A DNA stretch of 64,000 bases from assembly GCF_009914755.1 (NCBI RefSeq), contig NC_060931.1. One strand, 5' to 3'. Below the pieces are notes generated by a model. The model made no database searches, had not been told where the DNA came from, and saw only the letters and a list, made by a program, of their open reading frames with translations. Below are positions 1 to 12,900 of this stretch, piece after piece. A program made the position numbers and the translations under genes. The stretch's first letter is position 1. Each line of letters begins with the position of its first letter. This DNA comes from the human T2T-CHM13v2.0 reference genome, Homo sapiens.

Positions 1-199
1 CAGGTGGAGATTTCAAGCGATTTGAGGACAATTGCAGAAAAGGAAATATCTTCGTATAATAACCAGACAGAATCATTCTCAGAAAGTGCTTTGTGATGTG
101 TGCGTTCAACTCACAGAGTTTAACCTTTCTTTTCATAGAGGAGTTTGGAAACACACTGTTTGTAAAGTCTGCAATTGGATATATGGACCTGTTTGAGGC

Positions 200-216
200 C
201 TTCGTTGGAAACGGGA
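200..216 (+). promoter_or_regulatory. CENP-B box, dimer A (representative; recurs once per HOR and is polymorphic TTCG/TCCG)
   Basis: CTTCGTTGGAAACGGGA is an exact match to the canonical 17-bp CENP-B box. Confidence 0.95.
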
Positions 217-539
217 TTTCTTCATTGAATGCTAGACGGAAGAATTCTCAGTAAATTCTTTGTGTTGTGTGCATTCAACTCACAGAGTGGAACGTCCCTT
301 TAGACAGAGCAGATTTGAAACACTCTTTTTGCGGAATTTGCAAGTGGAGATTTCTAGCCATTTGATCCCAACAGTAGAAAGGGAAATATCTTCAAATAAA
401 AACCAGACAGAATCATTCTCAGAAAATTCTTTGTGATGTGTGCGTTCAACTCACATAGTTTAACCTTTCTTTTCATAGAGCAGTTTGGAAACACTCTGTT
501 TGTAAAGTCTGCAAGTGGATATATGGACCGCATTGAGGC

Positions 540-556
540 CTTCGTTGGAAACGGGA
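540..556 (+). promoter_or_regulatory. CENP-B box, dimer B (representative; recurs once per HOR)
   Basis: CTTCGTTGGAAACGGGA, canonical, 340 bp after the A box. Confidence 0.95.
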
Positions 557-879
557 TTTCTTCATTTCATGCTAGACAGAAGAATTCTCAGTAACTTCTT
601 TGTGCTGTGTGTATTCAACTCACAGAGTGGAACGTCCCTTTACACAGAGCAGATTTGAAACACTCTTTTTGTGGAGTTTGCAAGTGGAGATTTCAAGCGA
701 TTTGATGCCAACAGTAGAAAAGGAAATATCTTCAAATAAAAACTAGACAGAATCATTCTCAGAAACTACTTTGTGATGTGTGCCTTCAACTCACAGAGTT
801 TAACCTTTCTTTTCTTAGAGCAGTTTAGAAACACTCTGCTTGTTATGTCTGCAAGTGGATATTTGGACCTCTTTGAGGC

Positions 880-896
880 CTTCGTTGCAAACGGGG
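880..896 (+). promoter_or_regulatory. CENP-B box, dimer C (variant with intact 9-bp core; recurs once per HOR)
   Basis: CTTCGTTGCAAACGGGG retains the core nTTCGnnnnAnnCGGGn. Confidence 0.88.
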
Positions 897-3503
897 TTTC
901 TTCCTTTCATGCTAGACTAAGAAGAGTTCTCAGTAACTTTTTTGTGTTGTGTGTATTCAACTCACAGAGTTGAACCTTGCTTTAGAGAGAGCAGATTTGA
1001 AACACTCTTGCTGTGGCATTTTCAGGTGGAGATTTCAAGCGATTTGAGGACAATTGCAGAAAAGGAAATTTCTTCGTATAATAACCAGACAGAATCATTC
1101 TCAGAAAGTGCTTTGTGATGTGTGCGTTCAACTCACAGAGTTTAACCTTTCTTTTCATAGAGGAGCTTGGAAACACACTGTTTGTAAAGTCTGCAAATGG
1201 ATATATGGACCTGTTTGAGGCCTCCGTTGGAAACGGGATTTCTTCATTGAATGCTAGACGGAAGAATTCTCAGTAAATTCTTTGTGTTGTGTGCATTCAA
1301 CTCACAGAGTGGAACGTCCCTTTAGACAGAGCAGATTTGAAACACTCTTTTTGCGGAATTTGCAAGTGGAGATTTCTAGCCATTTGATGCCAACAGTAGA
1401 AAGGGAAATATCTTCAAATAAAAACCAGACAGAATCATTCTCAGAAAATTCTTTGTGATGTGTGCGTTCAACTCACATAGTTTAACCTTTCTTTTCATAG
1501 AGCAGTTTGGAAACACTCTGTTTGTAAAGTCTGCAAGTGGATATATGGACCACATTGAGACCTTCGTTGGAAACGGGATTTCTTCATTTCATGCTAGACA
1601 GAAGAATTCTCAGTAACTTCTTTGTGCTGTGTGTATTCAACTCACAGAGTGGAACGTCCCTTTGCACAGAGCAGATTTGAAACACTCTTTTTGTGGAGTT
1701 TGCAAGTGGAGATTTCAAGCGATTTGATGCCAACAGTAGAAAAGGAAATATCTTCAAATAAAAACTAGACAGAATCATTCTCAGAAACTACTGTGTGATG
1801 TGTGCCTTCAACTCACAGAGTTTAACCTTTCTTTTCTTAGAGCAGTTTAGAAACACTCTGCTTGTTATGTCTGCAAGTGGATATTTGGACCTCTTTCAGG
1901 CCTTCGTTGCAAACGGGGTTTCTTCCTTTAATGCTAGACTAAGAACAGTTCTCAGTAACTTTTTTGTGTTGTGTGTATTCAACTCACAGAGTTGAACCTT
2001 GCTTTAGAGAGAGCAGATTTGAAACACTCTCGCTGTGGAATTTTCAGGTGGAGATTTCAAGCGATTTGAGGACAATTGCAGAAAAGGAAATATCTTCGTA
2101 TAATAACCAGACAGAATCATTCTCAGAAAGTGCTTTGTGATGTGTGCGTTCAACTCACAGAGTTTAACCTTTCTTTTCATAGAGGAGTTTGGAAACACAC
2201 TGTTTGTAAAGTCTGCAATTGGATATATGGACCTGTTTGAGGCCTTCGTTGGAAACGGGATTTCTTCATTGAATGCTAGACGGAAGAATTCTCAGTAAAT
2301 TCTTTGTGTTGTGTGCATTCAACTCACAGAGTGGAACGTCCCTTTAGACAGAGCAGATTTGAAACACTCTTTTTGCGGAATTTGCAAGTGGAGATTTCTA
2401 GCCATTTGATGCCAACAGTAGAAAGGGAAATATCTTCAAATAAAAACCAGACAGAATCATTCTCAGAAAATTCTTTGTGATGTGTGCGTTCAACTCACAT
2501 AGTTTAACCTTTCTTTTCATAGAGCAGTTTGGAAACACTCTGTTTGTAAAGTCTGCAAGTGGATATATGGACCGCATTGAGGCCTTCGTTGGAAACGGGA
2601 TTTCTTCATTTCATGCTAGACAGAAGAATTCTCAGTAACTTCTTTGTGCTGTGTGTATTCAACTCACAGAGTGGAACGTCCCTTTGCACAGAGCAGATTT
2701 GAAACACTCTTTTTGTGGAGTTTGCAAGTGGAGATTTCAAGCGATTTAATGCCAACAGTAGGAAAGGAAATATCTTCAAATAAAAACTAGACAGAATCAT
2801 TCTCAGAAACTACTTTGTGATGTGTGCCTTCAACTCACAGAGTTTAACCTTTCTTTTCTTAGAGCAGTTTAGAAACACTCTGCTTGTTATGTCTGCAAGT
2901 GGATATTTGGACCTCTTTGAGGCCTTCGTTGCAAACAGGGTTTCTTCCTTTAATGCTAGACTAAGAAGAGTTCTCAGTAACTTTTTTGTGTTGTGTGTAT
3001 TCAACTCACAGAGTTGAACCTTGCTTTAGAGAGAGCAGATTTGAAACACTCTTGCTGTGGCATTTTCAGGTGGAGATTTCAAGCGATTTGAGGACAATTG
3101 CAGAAAAGGAAATATCTTCGTATAATAACCAGACAGAATCATTCTCAGAAAGTGCTTTGTGATGTGTGCGTTCAACTCACAGAGTTTAACCTTTCTTTTC
3201 ATAGAGCAGTTTGGAAACACACTGTTTGTAAAGTCTGCAATTGGATATATGGACCTGTTTGAGGCCTTCGTTGGAAACGGGATTTCTTCATTGAATGCTA
3301 GACGGAAGAATTCTCAGTAAATTCTTTGTGTTGTGTGCATTCAACTCACAGAGTGGAACGTCCCTTTAGACAGAGCAGATTTGAAACACTCTTTTTGCGG
3401 AATTTGCAAGTGGAGATTTCTAGCCATTTGATGCCAACAGTAGAAAGGGAAATATCTTCAAATAAAAACCAGACAGAATCATTCTCAGAAAATTCTTTGT
3501 GAT

Positions 3504-6500
3504 GTGTGCGTTCAACTCACATAGTTTAACCTTTCTTTTCATAGAGCAGTTTGGAAACACTCTGTTTGTAAAGTCTGCAAGTGGATATATGGACCGCATT
3601 GAGGCCTTCGTTGGAAACGGGATTTCTTCATTTCATGCTAGACAGAAGAATTCTCAGTAACTTCTTTGTGCTGTGTGTATTCAACTCACAGTGGAACGTC
3701 CCTTTACACAGAGCAGATTTGAAACACTCTTTTTGTGGAGTTTGCAAGTGGAGATTTCAAGCGATTTGATGCCAACAGTAGAAAAGGAAATATCTTCAAA
3801 TAAAAACTAGACAGAATCATTCTCAGAAACTACTTTGTGATGTGTGCCTTCAACTCACAGAGTTTAACCTTTCTTTTCTTAGAGCAGTTTAGAAACACTC
3901 TGCTTGTTATGTCTGCAAGTGGATATTTGGACCTCTTTGAGGCCTTCGTTGCAAACGGGGTTTCTTCCTTTCATGCTAGACTAAGAAGAGTTCTCAGTAA
4001 CTTTTTTGTGTTGTGTGTATTCAACTCACAGAGTTGAACCTTGCTTTAGAGAGAGCAGATTTGAAACACTCTTGCTGTGGCATTTTCAGGTGGAGATTTC
4101 AAGCGATTTGAGGACAATTGCAGAAAAGGAAATTTCTTCGTATAATAACCAGACAGAATCATTCTCAGAAAGTGCTTTGTGATGTGTGCGTTCAACTCAC
4201 AGAGTTTAACCTTTCTTTTCATAGAGGAGTTTGGAAACACACTGTTTGTAAAGTCTGCAATTGGATATATGGACCTGTTTGAGGCCTTCGTTGGAAACGG
4301 GATTTCTTCATTGAATGCTAGACGGAAGAATTCCCAATAAATTCTTTGTGTTGTGTGCATTCAACTCACAGAGTGGAACGTCCCTTTAGACAGAGCAGAT
4401 TTGAAACACTCTTTTTGCGGAATTTGCAAGTGGAGATTTCTAGCCATTTGATGCCAACAGTAGAAAGGGAAATATCTTCAAATAAAAACCAGACAGAATC
4501 ATTCTCAGAAAATTCTTTGTGATGTGTGCGTTCAACTCACATAGTTTAACCTTTCTTTTCATAGAGCAGTTTGGAAACACTCTGTTTGTAAAGTCTGCAA
4601 GTGGATATATGGACCGCATTGAGGCCTTCGTTGGAAACGGGATTTCTTCATTTCATGCTAGACAGAAGAATTCTCAGTAACTTCTTTGTGCTGTGTGTAT
4701 TCAACTCACAGAGTGGAACGTCCCTTTGCACAGAGCAGATTTGAAACACTCTTTTTGTGGAGTTTGCAAGTGGAGATTTCAAGCGATTTGATGCCAACAG
4801 TAGAAAAGGAAATATCTTCAAATAAAAACTAGACAGAATCATTCTCAGAAACTACTTTGTGATGTGTGCTTTCAACTCACAGAGTTTAACCTTTCTTTTC
4901 TTAGAGCAGTTTAGAAACACTCTGCTTGTTATTTCTGCAAGTGGATATTTGGACCTCTTTGAGGCCTTCGTTGCAAACGGGGTTTCTTCCTTTCATGCTA
5001 GACTAAGAAGAGTTCTCAGTAACTTTTTTGTGTTGTGTGTATTCAACTCACAGAGTTGAACCTTGCTTTAGAGAGAGCAGATTTGAAACACTCTTGCTGT
5101 GGCATTTTCAGGTGGAGATTTCAAGCGATTTGAGGACAATTGCAGAAAAGGAAATATCTTCGTATAATAACCAGACAGAATCATTCTCAGAAAGTGCTTT
5201 GTGATGTGTGCGTTCAACTCACAGAGTTTAACCTTTCTTTTCATAGAGGAGTTTGGAAACACACTGTTTGTAAAGTCTGCAATTGGATATATGGACCTGT
5301 TTGAGGCCTTCGTTTGAAACGGGATTTCTTCATTGAATGCTAGACGGAAGAATTCTCAGTAAATTCTTTGTGTTGTGTGCATTCAACTCACAGAGTGGAA
5401 CGTCCCTTTAGACAGAGCAGATTTGAAACACTCTTTTTGCGGAATTTGCAAGTGGAGATTTCTAGCCATTTGATGCCAACAGTAGAAAGGGAAATATCTT
5501 CAAATAAAAACCAGACAGAATCATTCTCAGAAAATTCTTTGTGATGTGTGCGTTCAACTCACATAGTTTAACCTTTCTTTTCATAGAGCAGTTTGGAAAC
5601 ACTCTGTTTGTAAAGTCTGCAAGTGGATATATGGACCGCATTGAGGCCTTCGTTGGAAACGGGATTTCTTCATTTCATGCTAGACAGAAGAATTCTCAGT
5701 AACTTCTTTGTGCTGTGTGTATTCAACTCACAGAGTGGAACGTCCCTTTACACAGAGCAGATTTGAAACACTCTTTTTGTGGAGTTTGCAAGTGGAGATT
5801 TCAAGCGATTTGATGCCAACAGTAGAAAAGGAAATATCTTCAAATAAAAACTAGACAGAATCATTCTCAGAAACTACTTTGTGATGTGTGCCTTTAACTC
5901 ACAGAGTTTAACCTTTCTTTTCTTAGAGCAGTTTAGAAACACTCTGCTTGTTATGTCTGCAAGTGGATATTTGGACCTCTTTGAGGCCTTCGTTGCAAAC
6001 GGGGTTTCTTCCTTTCATGCTAGACTAAGAAGAGTTCTCAGTAACTTTTTTGTGTTGTGTGTATTCAACTCACAGAGTTGAACCTTGCTTTAGAGAGAGC
6101 AGATTTGAAACACTCTTGCTGTGGCATTTTCAGGTGGAGATTTCAAGCGATTTGAGGACAATTGCAGAAAAGGAAATATCTTCGTATAATAACCAGACAG
6201 AATCATTCTCAGAAAGTGCTTTGTGATGTGTGCGTTCAACTCACAGAGTTTAACCTTTCTTTTCATAGAGGAGTTTGGAAACACACTGTTTGTAAAGTCT
6301 GCAATTGGATATATGGACCTGTTTGAGGCCTCCGTTGGAAACGGGATTTCTTCATTGAATGCTAGACGGAAGAATTCTCAGTAAATTCTTTGTGTTGTGT
6401 GCATTCAACTCAGAGAGTGGAACGTCCCTTTAGACAGAGCAGATTTGAAACACTCTTTTTGCGGAATTTGCAAGTGGAGATTTCTAGCCATTTGATGCCA

Positions 6501-6980
6501 ACAGTAGAAAGGGAAATATCTTCAAATAAAAACCAGACAGAATCATTCTCAGAAAATTCTTTGTGATGTGTGCGTTCAACTCACATAGTTTAACCTTTCT
6601 TTTCATAGAGCAGTTTGGAAACACTCTGTTTGTAAAGTCTGCAAGTGGATATATGGACCGCATTGAGGCCTTCGTTGGAACCGGGATTTCTTCATTTCAT
6701 GCTAGACAGAAGAATTCTCAGTAACTTCTTTGTGCTGTGTGTATTCAACTCACAGAGTGGAACGTCCCTTTGCACAGAGCAGATTTGAAACACTCTTTTT
6801 GTGGAGTTTGCAAGTGGAGATTTCAAGCGATTTGATGCCAACAGTAGAAAAGGAAATATCTTCAAATAAAAACTAGACAGAATCATTCTCAGGAACTACT
6901 TTGTGATGTGTGCCTTCAACTCACAGAGTTTAACCTTTCTTTTCTTAGAGCAGTTTAGAAACACTCTGCTTGTTATGTCT
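3504..6980 (+). repeat. ~3.4-HOR block duplicated at about 13722-17198 (offset 10218 bp)
   Basis: Shared 2-bp deletion (CTCACAGTGG) at ~3690/13908, AAATTTCTTCG ~4134/14352, TTCCCAATAA ~4334/14552, TTATTTCTG ~4933/15151, CGTTTGAAAC ~5315/15533, AACCGGG 6681/16899. Confidence 0.88.
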
Positions 6981-9900
6981 GCAAGTGGATATTTGGACCT
7001 CTTTGAGGCCTTCGTTGCAAACGGGGTTTCTTCCTTTCATGCTAGACTAAGAAGAGTTCTCAGTAACTTTTTTGTGTTGTGTGTATTCAACTCACAGAGT
7101 TGAACCTTGCTTTAGAGAGAGCAGATTTGAAACACTCTTGCTGTGGCATTTTCAGGTGGAGATTTCAAGCGATTTGAGGACAATTGCAGAAAAGGAAATA
7201 TCTTCGTATAATAACCAGACAGAATCATTCTCAGAAAGTGCTTTGTGATGTGTGCGTTCAACTCACAGAGTTTAACCTTTCTTTTCATAGAGGAGCTTGG
7301 AAACACACTGTTTGTAAAGTCTGCAATTGGATATATGGACCTGTTTGAGGCCTCCGTTGGAAACGGGATTTCTTCATTGAATGCTAGACGGAAGAATTCT
7401 CAGTAAATTCTTTGTGTTGTGTGCATTGAACTCACAGAGTGGAACGTCCCTTTAGACAGAGCAGATTTGAAACACTCTTTTTGCGGAATTTGCAAGTGGA
7501 GATTTCTAGCCATTTGATGCCAACAGTAGAAAGGGAAATATCTTCAAATAAAAACCAGACAGAATCATTCTCAGAAAATTCTTTGTGATGTGTGCGTTCA
7601 ACTCACATAGTTTAACCTTTCTTTTCATAGAGCAGTTTGGAAACACTCTGTTTGTAAAGTCTGCAAGTGGATATATGGACCGCATTGAGGCCTTCGTTGG
7701 ACACGGGATTTCTTCATTTCATGCTAGACAGAAGAATTCTCAGTAACTTCTTTGTGCTGTGTGTATTCAACTCACAGAGTGGAACGTCCCTTTGCACAGA
7801 GCAGATTTGAAACACTCTTTTTGTGGAGTTTGCAAGTGGAGATTTCAAGCGATTTGATGCCAACAGTAGAAAAGGAAATATCTTCAAATAAAAACTAGAC
7901 AGAATCATTCTCAGAAACTACTTTGTGATGTGTGCCTTCAACTCACAGAGTTTAACCTTTCTTTTCTTAGAGCAGTTTAGAAACACTCTGCTTGTTATGT
8001 CTGCAAGTGGATATTTGGACCTCTTTGAGGCCTTCGTTGCAAACGGGGTTTCTTCCTTTAATGCTAGACTAAGAAGAGTTCTCAGTAACTTTTTTGTGTT
8101 GTGTGTATTCAACTCACAGAGTTGAACCTTGCTTTAGAGAGAGCAGATTTGAAACACTCTTGCTGTGGCATTTTCAGGTGGAGATTTCAAGCGATTTGAG
8201 GACAATTGCAGAAAAGGAAATATCTTCGTATAATAACCAGACAGAATCATTCTCAGAAAGTGCTTTGTGATGTGTGCGTTCAACTCACAGAGTTTAACCT
8301 TTCTTTTCATAGAGGAGTTTGGAAACACACTGTTTGTAAAGTCTGCAATTGGATATATGGACCTGTTTGAGGCCTTCGTTGGAAACGGGATTTCTTCATT
8401 GAATGCTAGACGGAAGAATTCTCAGTAAATTCTTTGTGTTGTGTGCATTCAACTCACAGAGTGGAACGTCCCTTTAGACAGAGCAGATTTGAAACACTCT
8501 TTTTGCGGAATTTGCAAGTGGAGATTTCTAGCCATTTGATGCCAACAGTAGAAAGGGAAATATCTTCAAATAAAAACCAGACAGAATCATTCTCAGAAAA
8601 TTCTTTGTGATGTGTGCGTTCAACTCACATAGTTTAACCTTTCTTTTCATAGAGCAGTTTGGAAACACTCTGTTTGTAAAGTCTGCAAGTGGATATATGG
8701 ACCGCATTGAGGCCTTCGTTGGAAACGGGATTTCTTCATTTCATGCTAGACAGAAGAATTCTCAGTAACTTCTTTGTGCTGTGTGTATTCAACTCACAGA
8801 GTGGAACGTCCCTTTGCACAGAGCAGATTTGAAACACTCTTTTTGTGGAGTTTGCAAGTGGAGATTTCAAGCGATTTGATGCCAACAGTAGAAAAGGAAA
8901 TATCTTCAAATAAAAACTAGACAGAATCATTCTCAGAAACTACTTTGTGATGTGTGCCTTCAACTCACAGAGTTTAACCTTTCTTTTCTTAGAGCAGTTT
9001 AGAAACACTCTGCTTGTTATGTCTGCAAGTGGATATTTGGACCTCTTTGAGGCCTTCGTTGCAAACGGGGTTTCTTCCTTTCATGCTAGACTAAGAAGAG
9101 TTCTCAGTAACTTTTTTGTGTTGTGTGTATTCAACTCACAGAGTTGAACCTTGCTTTAGAGAGAGCAGATTTGAAACACTCTTGCTGTGGCATTTTCAGG
9201 TGGAGATTTCAAGCGATTTGAGGACAATTGCAGAAAAGGAAATATCTTCGTATAATAACCAGACAGAATCATTCTCAGAAAGTGCTTTGTGATGTGTGCG
9301 TTCAACTCACAGAGTTTAACCTTTCTTTTCATAGAGGAGTTTGGAAACACACTGTTTGTAAAGTCTGCAATTGGATATATGGACCTGTTTGAGGCCTTCG
9401 TTGGAAACGGGATTTCTTCATTGAATGCTAGACGGAAGAATTCTCAGTAAATTCTTTGTGTTGTGTGCATTCAACTCACAGAGTGGAACGTCCCTTTAGA
9501 CAGAGCAGATTTGAAACACTCTTTTTGTGGAATTTGCAAGTGGAGATTTCTAGCCATTTGATGCCAACAGTAGAAAGGGAAATATCTTCAAATAAAAACC
9601 AGACAGAATCATTCTCAGAAAATTCTTTGTGATGTGTGCGTTCAACTCACATAGTTTAACCTTTCTTTTCATAGAGCAGTTTGGAAACACTCTGTTTGTA
9701 AAGTCTGCAAGTGGATATATGGACCGCATTGAGGCCTTCGTTGGAAACGGGATTTCTTCATTTCATGCTAGACAGAAGAATTCTCAGTAACTTCTTTGTG
9801 CTGTGTGTATTCAACTCACAGAGTGGAACGTCCCTTTGCACAGAGCAGATTTGAAACACTCTTTTTGTGCAGTTTGCAAGTGGAGATTTCAAGCGATTTG

Positions 9901-12900
9901 ATGCCAACAGTAGAAAATGAAATATCTTCAAATAAAAACTAGACAGAATCATTCTCAGAAACTACTTTGTGATGTGTGCCTTCAACTCACAGAGTTTAAC
10001 CTTTCTTTTCTTAGAGCAGTTTAGAAACACTCTGCTTGTTATGTCTGCAAGTGGATATTTGGACCTCTTTGAGGCCTTCGTTGCAAACGGGGTTTCTTCC
10101 TTTAATGCTAGACTAAGAAGAGTTCTCAGTAACTTTTTTGTGTTGTGTGTATTCAACTCACAGAGTTGAACTTTGCTTTAGAGAGAGCAGATTTGAAACA
10201 CTCTCGCTGTGGAATTTTCAGGTGGAGATTTCAAACGATTTGAGGACAATTGCAGAAAAGGAAATATCTTCGTATAATAACCAGACAGAATCATTCTCAG
10301 AAAGTGCTTTGTGATGTGTGCGTTCAACTCACAGAGTTTAACCATTCTTTTCATAGAGGAGCTTGGAAACACACTGTTTGTAAAGTCTGCAATTGGATAT
10401 ATGGACCTGTTTGAGGCCTCCGTTGGAAACGGGATTTCTTCATTGAATGCTAGACGGAAGAATTCTCAGTAAATTCTTTGTGTTGTGTGCATTGAACTCA
10501 GAGAGTGGAACGTCCCTTTAGACAGAGCAGATTTGAAACACTCTTTTTGCGGAATTTGCAAGTGGAGATTTCTAGCCATTTGATGTCAACAGTAGAAAGG
10601 GAAATATCTTCAAATAAAAACCAGACAGAATCATTCTCAGAAAATTCTTTGTGATGTGTGCGTTCAACTCACATAGTTTAACCTTTCTTTTCATAGAGCA
10701 GTTTGGAAACACTCTGTTTGTAAAGTCTGCAAGTGGATATATGGACCGCATTGAGGCCTTCGTTGGAAACGGGATTTCTTCATTTCATGCTAGACAGAAG
10801 AATTCTCAGTAACTTCTTTGTGCTGTGTGTATTCAACTCACAGAGTGGAACGTCCCTTTACACAGAGCAGATTTGAAACACTCTTTTTGTGGAGTTTGCA
10901 AGTGGAGATTTCAAGCGATTTGATGCCAACAGTAGAAAAGGAAATATCTTCAAATAAAAACTAGACAGAATCATTCTCAGAAACTACTTTGTGATGTGTG
11001 CCTTTAACTCACAGAGTTTAACCTTTCTTTTCTTAGAGCAGTTTAGAAACACTCTGCTTGTTATGTCTGCAAGTGGATATTTGGACCTCTTTGAGGCCTT
11101 CGTTGCAAACGGGGTTTCTTCCTTTCATGCTAGACTAAGAAGAGTTCTCAGTAACTTTTTTGTGTTGTGTGTATTCAACTCACAGAGTTGAACCTTGCTT
11201 TAGAGAGAGCAGATTTGAAACACTCTTGCTGTGGCATTTTCAGGTGGAGATTTCAAGCGATTTGAGGACAATTGCAGAAAAGGAAATATCTTCGTATAAT
11301 AACCAGACAGAATCATTCTCAGAAAGTGCTTTGTGATGTGTGCGTTCAACTCACAGAGTTTAACCTTTCTTTTCATAGAGGAGTTTGGAAACACACTGTT
11401 TGTAAAGTCTGCAATTGGATATATGGACCTGTTTGAGGCCTCCGTTGGAAACGGGATTTCTTCATTGAATGCTAGACGGAAGAATTCTCAGTAAATTCTT
11501 TGTGTTGTGTGCATTCAACTCAGAGAGTGGAACGTCCCTTTAGACAGAGCAGATTTGAAACACTCTTTTTGCGGAATTTGCAAGTGGAGATTTCTAGCCA
11601 TTTGATGCCAACAGTAGAAAGGGAAATATCTTCAAATAAAAACCAGACAGAATCATTCTCAGAAAATTCTTTGTGATGTGTGCGTTCAACTCACATAGTT
11701 TAACCTTTCTTTTCATAGAGCAGTTTGGAAACACTCTGTTTGTAAAGTCTGCAAGTGGATATATGGACCGCATTGAGGCCTTCGTTGGAAACGGGATTTC
11801 TTCATTTCATGCTAGACAGAAGAATTCTCAGTAACTTCTTTGTGCTGTGTGTATTCAACTCACAGAGTGGAACGTCCCTTTGCACAGAGCAGATTTGAAA
11901 CACTCTTTTTGTGGAGTTTGCAAGTGGAGATTTCAAGCGATTTGATGCCAACAGTAGAAAAGGAAATATCTTCAAATAAAAACTAGACAGAATCATTCTC
12001 AGGAACTACTTTGTGATGTGTGCCTTCAACTCACAGAGTTTAACCTTTCTTTTCTTAGAGCAGTTTAGAAACACTCTGCTTGTTATGTCTGCAAGTGGAT
12101 ATTTGGACCTCTTTGAGGCCTTCGTTGCAAACGGGGTTTCTTCCTTTAATGCTAGACTAAGAAGAGTTCTCAGTAACTTTTTTGTGTTGTGTGTATTCAA
12201 CTCACAGAGTTGAACCTTGCTTTAGAGAGAGCAGATTTGAAACACTCTTGCTGTGGAATTTTCAGGTGGAGATTTCAAGCGATTTGAGGACAATTGCAGA
12301 AACGGAAATATCTTCGTATAATAACCAGACAGAATCATTCTCAGAAAGTGCTTTGTGATGTGTGCGTTCAACTCACAGAGTTTAACCTTTCGTTTCATAG
12401 AGGAGCTTGGAAACACACTGTTTGTAAAGTCTGCAATTGGATATATGGACCTGTTTGAGGCCTCCGTTGGAAACGGGATTTCTTCATTGAATGCTAGACG
12501 GAAGAATTCTCAGTAAATTCTTTGTGTTGTGTGCATTGAACTCACAGAGTGGAACGTCCCTTTAGACAGAGCAGATTTGAAACACTCTTTTTGCGGAATT
12601 TGCAAGTGGAGATTTCTAGCCATTTGATGCCAACAGTAGAAAGGGACATATCTTCAAATAAAAACCAGACAGAATCATTCTCAGAAAATTCTTTGTGATG
12701 TGTGCGTTCAACTCACATAGTTTAACCTTTCTTTTCATAGAGCAGTTTGGAAACACTCTGTTTGTAAAGTCTGCAAGTGGATATATGGACCGCATTGAGG
12801 CCTTCGTTGGAAACGGGATTTCTTCATTTCATGCTAGACAGAAGAATTCTCAGTAACTTCTTTGTGCTGTGTGTATTCAACTCACAGAGTGGAACGTCCC

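Larger units (their letters stand above)
68..1089 (+). repeat. First complete HOR unit: dimer A 68-407, dimer B 408-747, dimer C 748-1089
   Basis: Diagnostic dimer starts: CAGAATCATTCTCAGAAAGTGC (A), ...AGAAAATTC (B), ...AGAAACTAC (C). The next A starts at 1090. C is 2 bp longer (GACTAAGAAGAG vs GACAGAAGAA). Confidence 0.95.

Noticed and set aside
55-60. TATAAT (bacterial -10-like) and AATAAA (polyA-like) motifs in each HOR
   Set aside because: They are fixed parts of the AT-rich satellite consensus with no supporting gene context.
2810-3004. KKRKV (SV40-type NLS-like) peptide in minus-strand ORFs
   Set aside because: It is simply the translation of the reverse complement of the conserved AACCTTTCTTTT tract and is coincidental.
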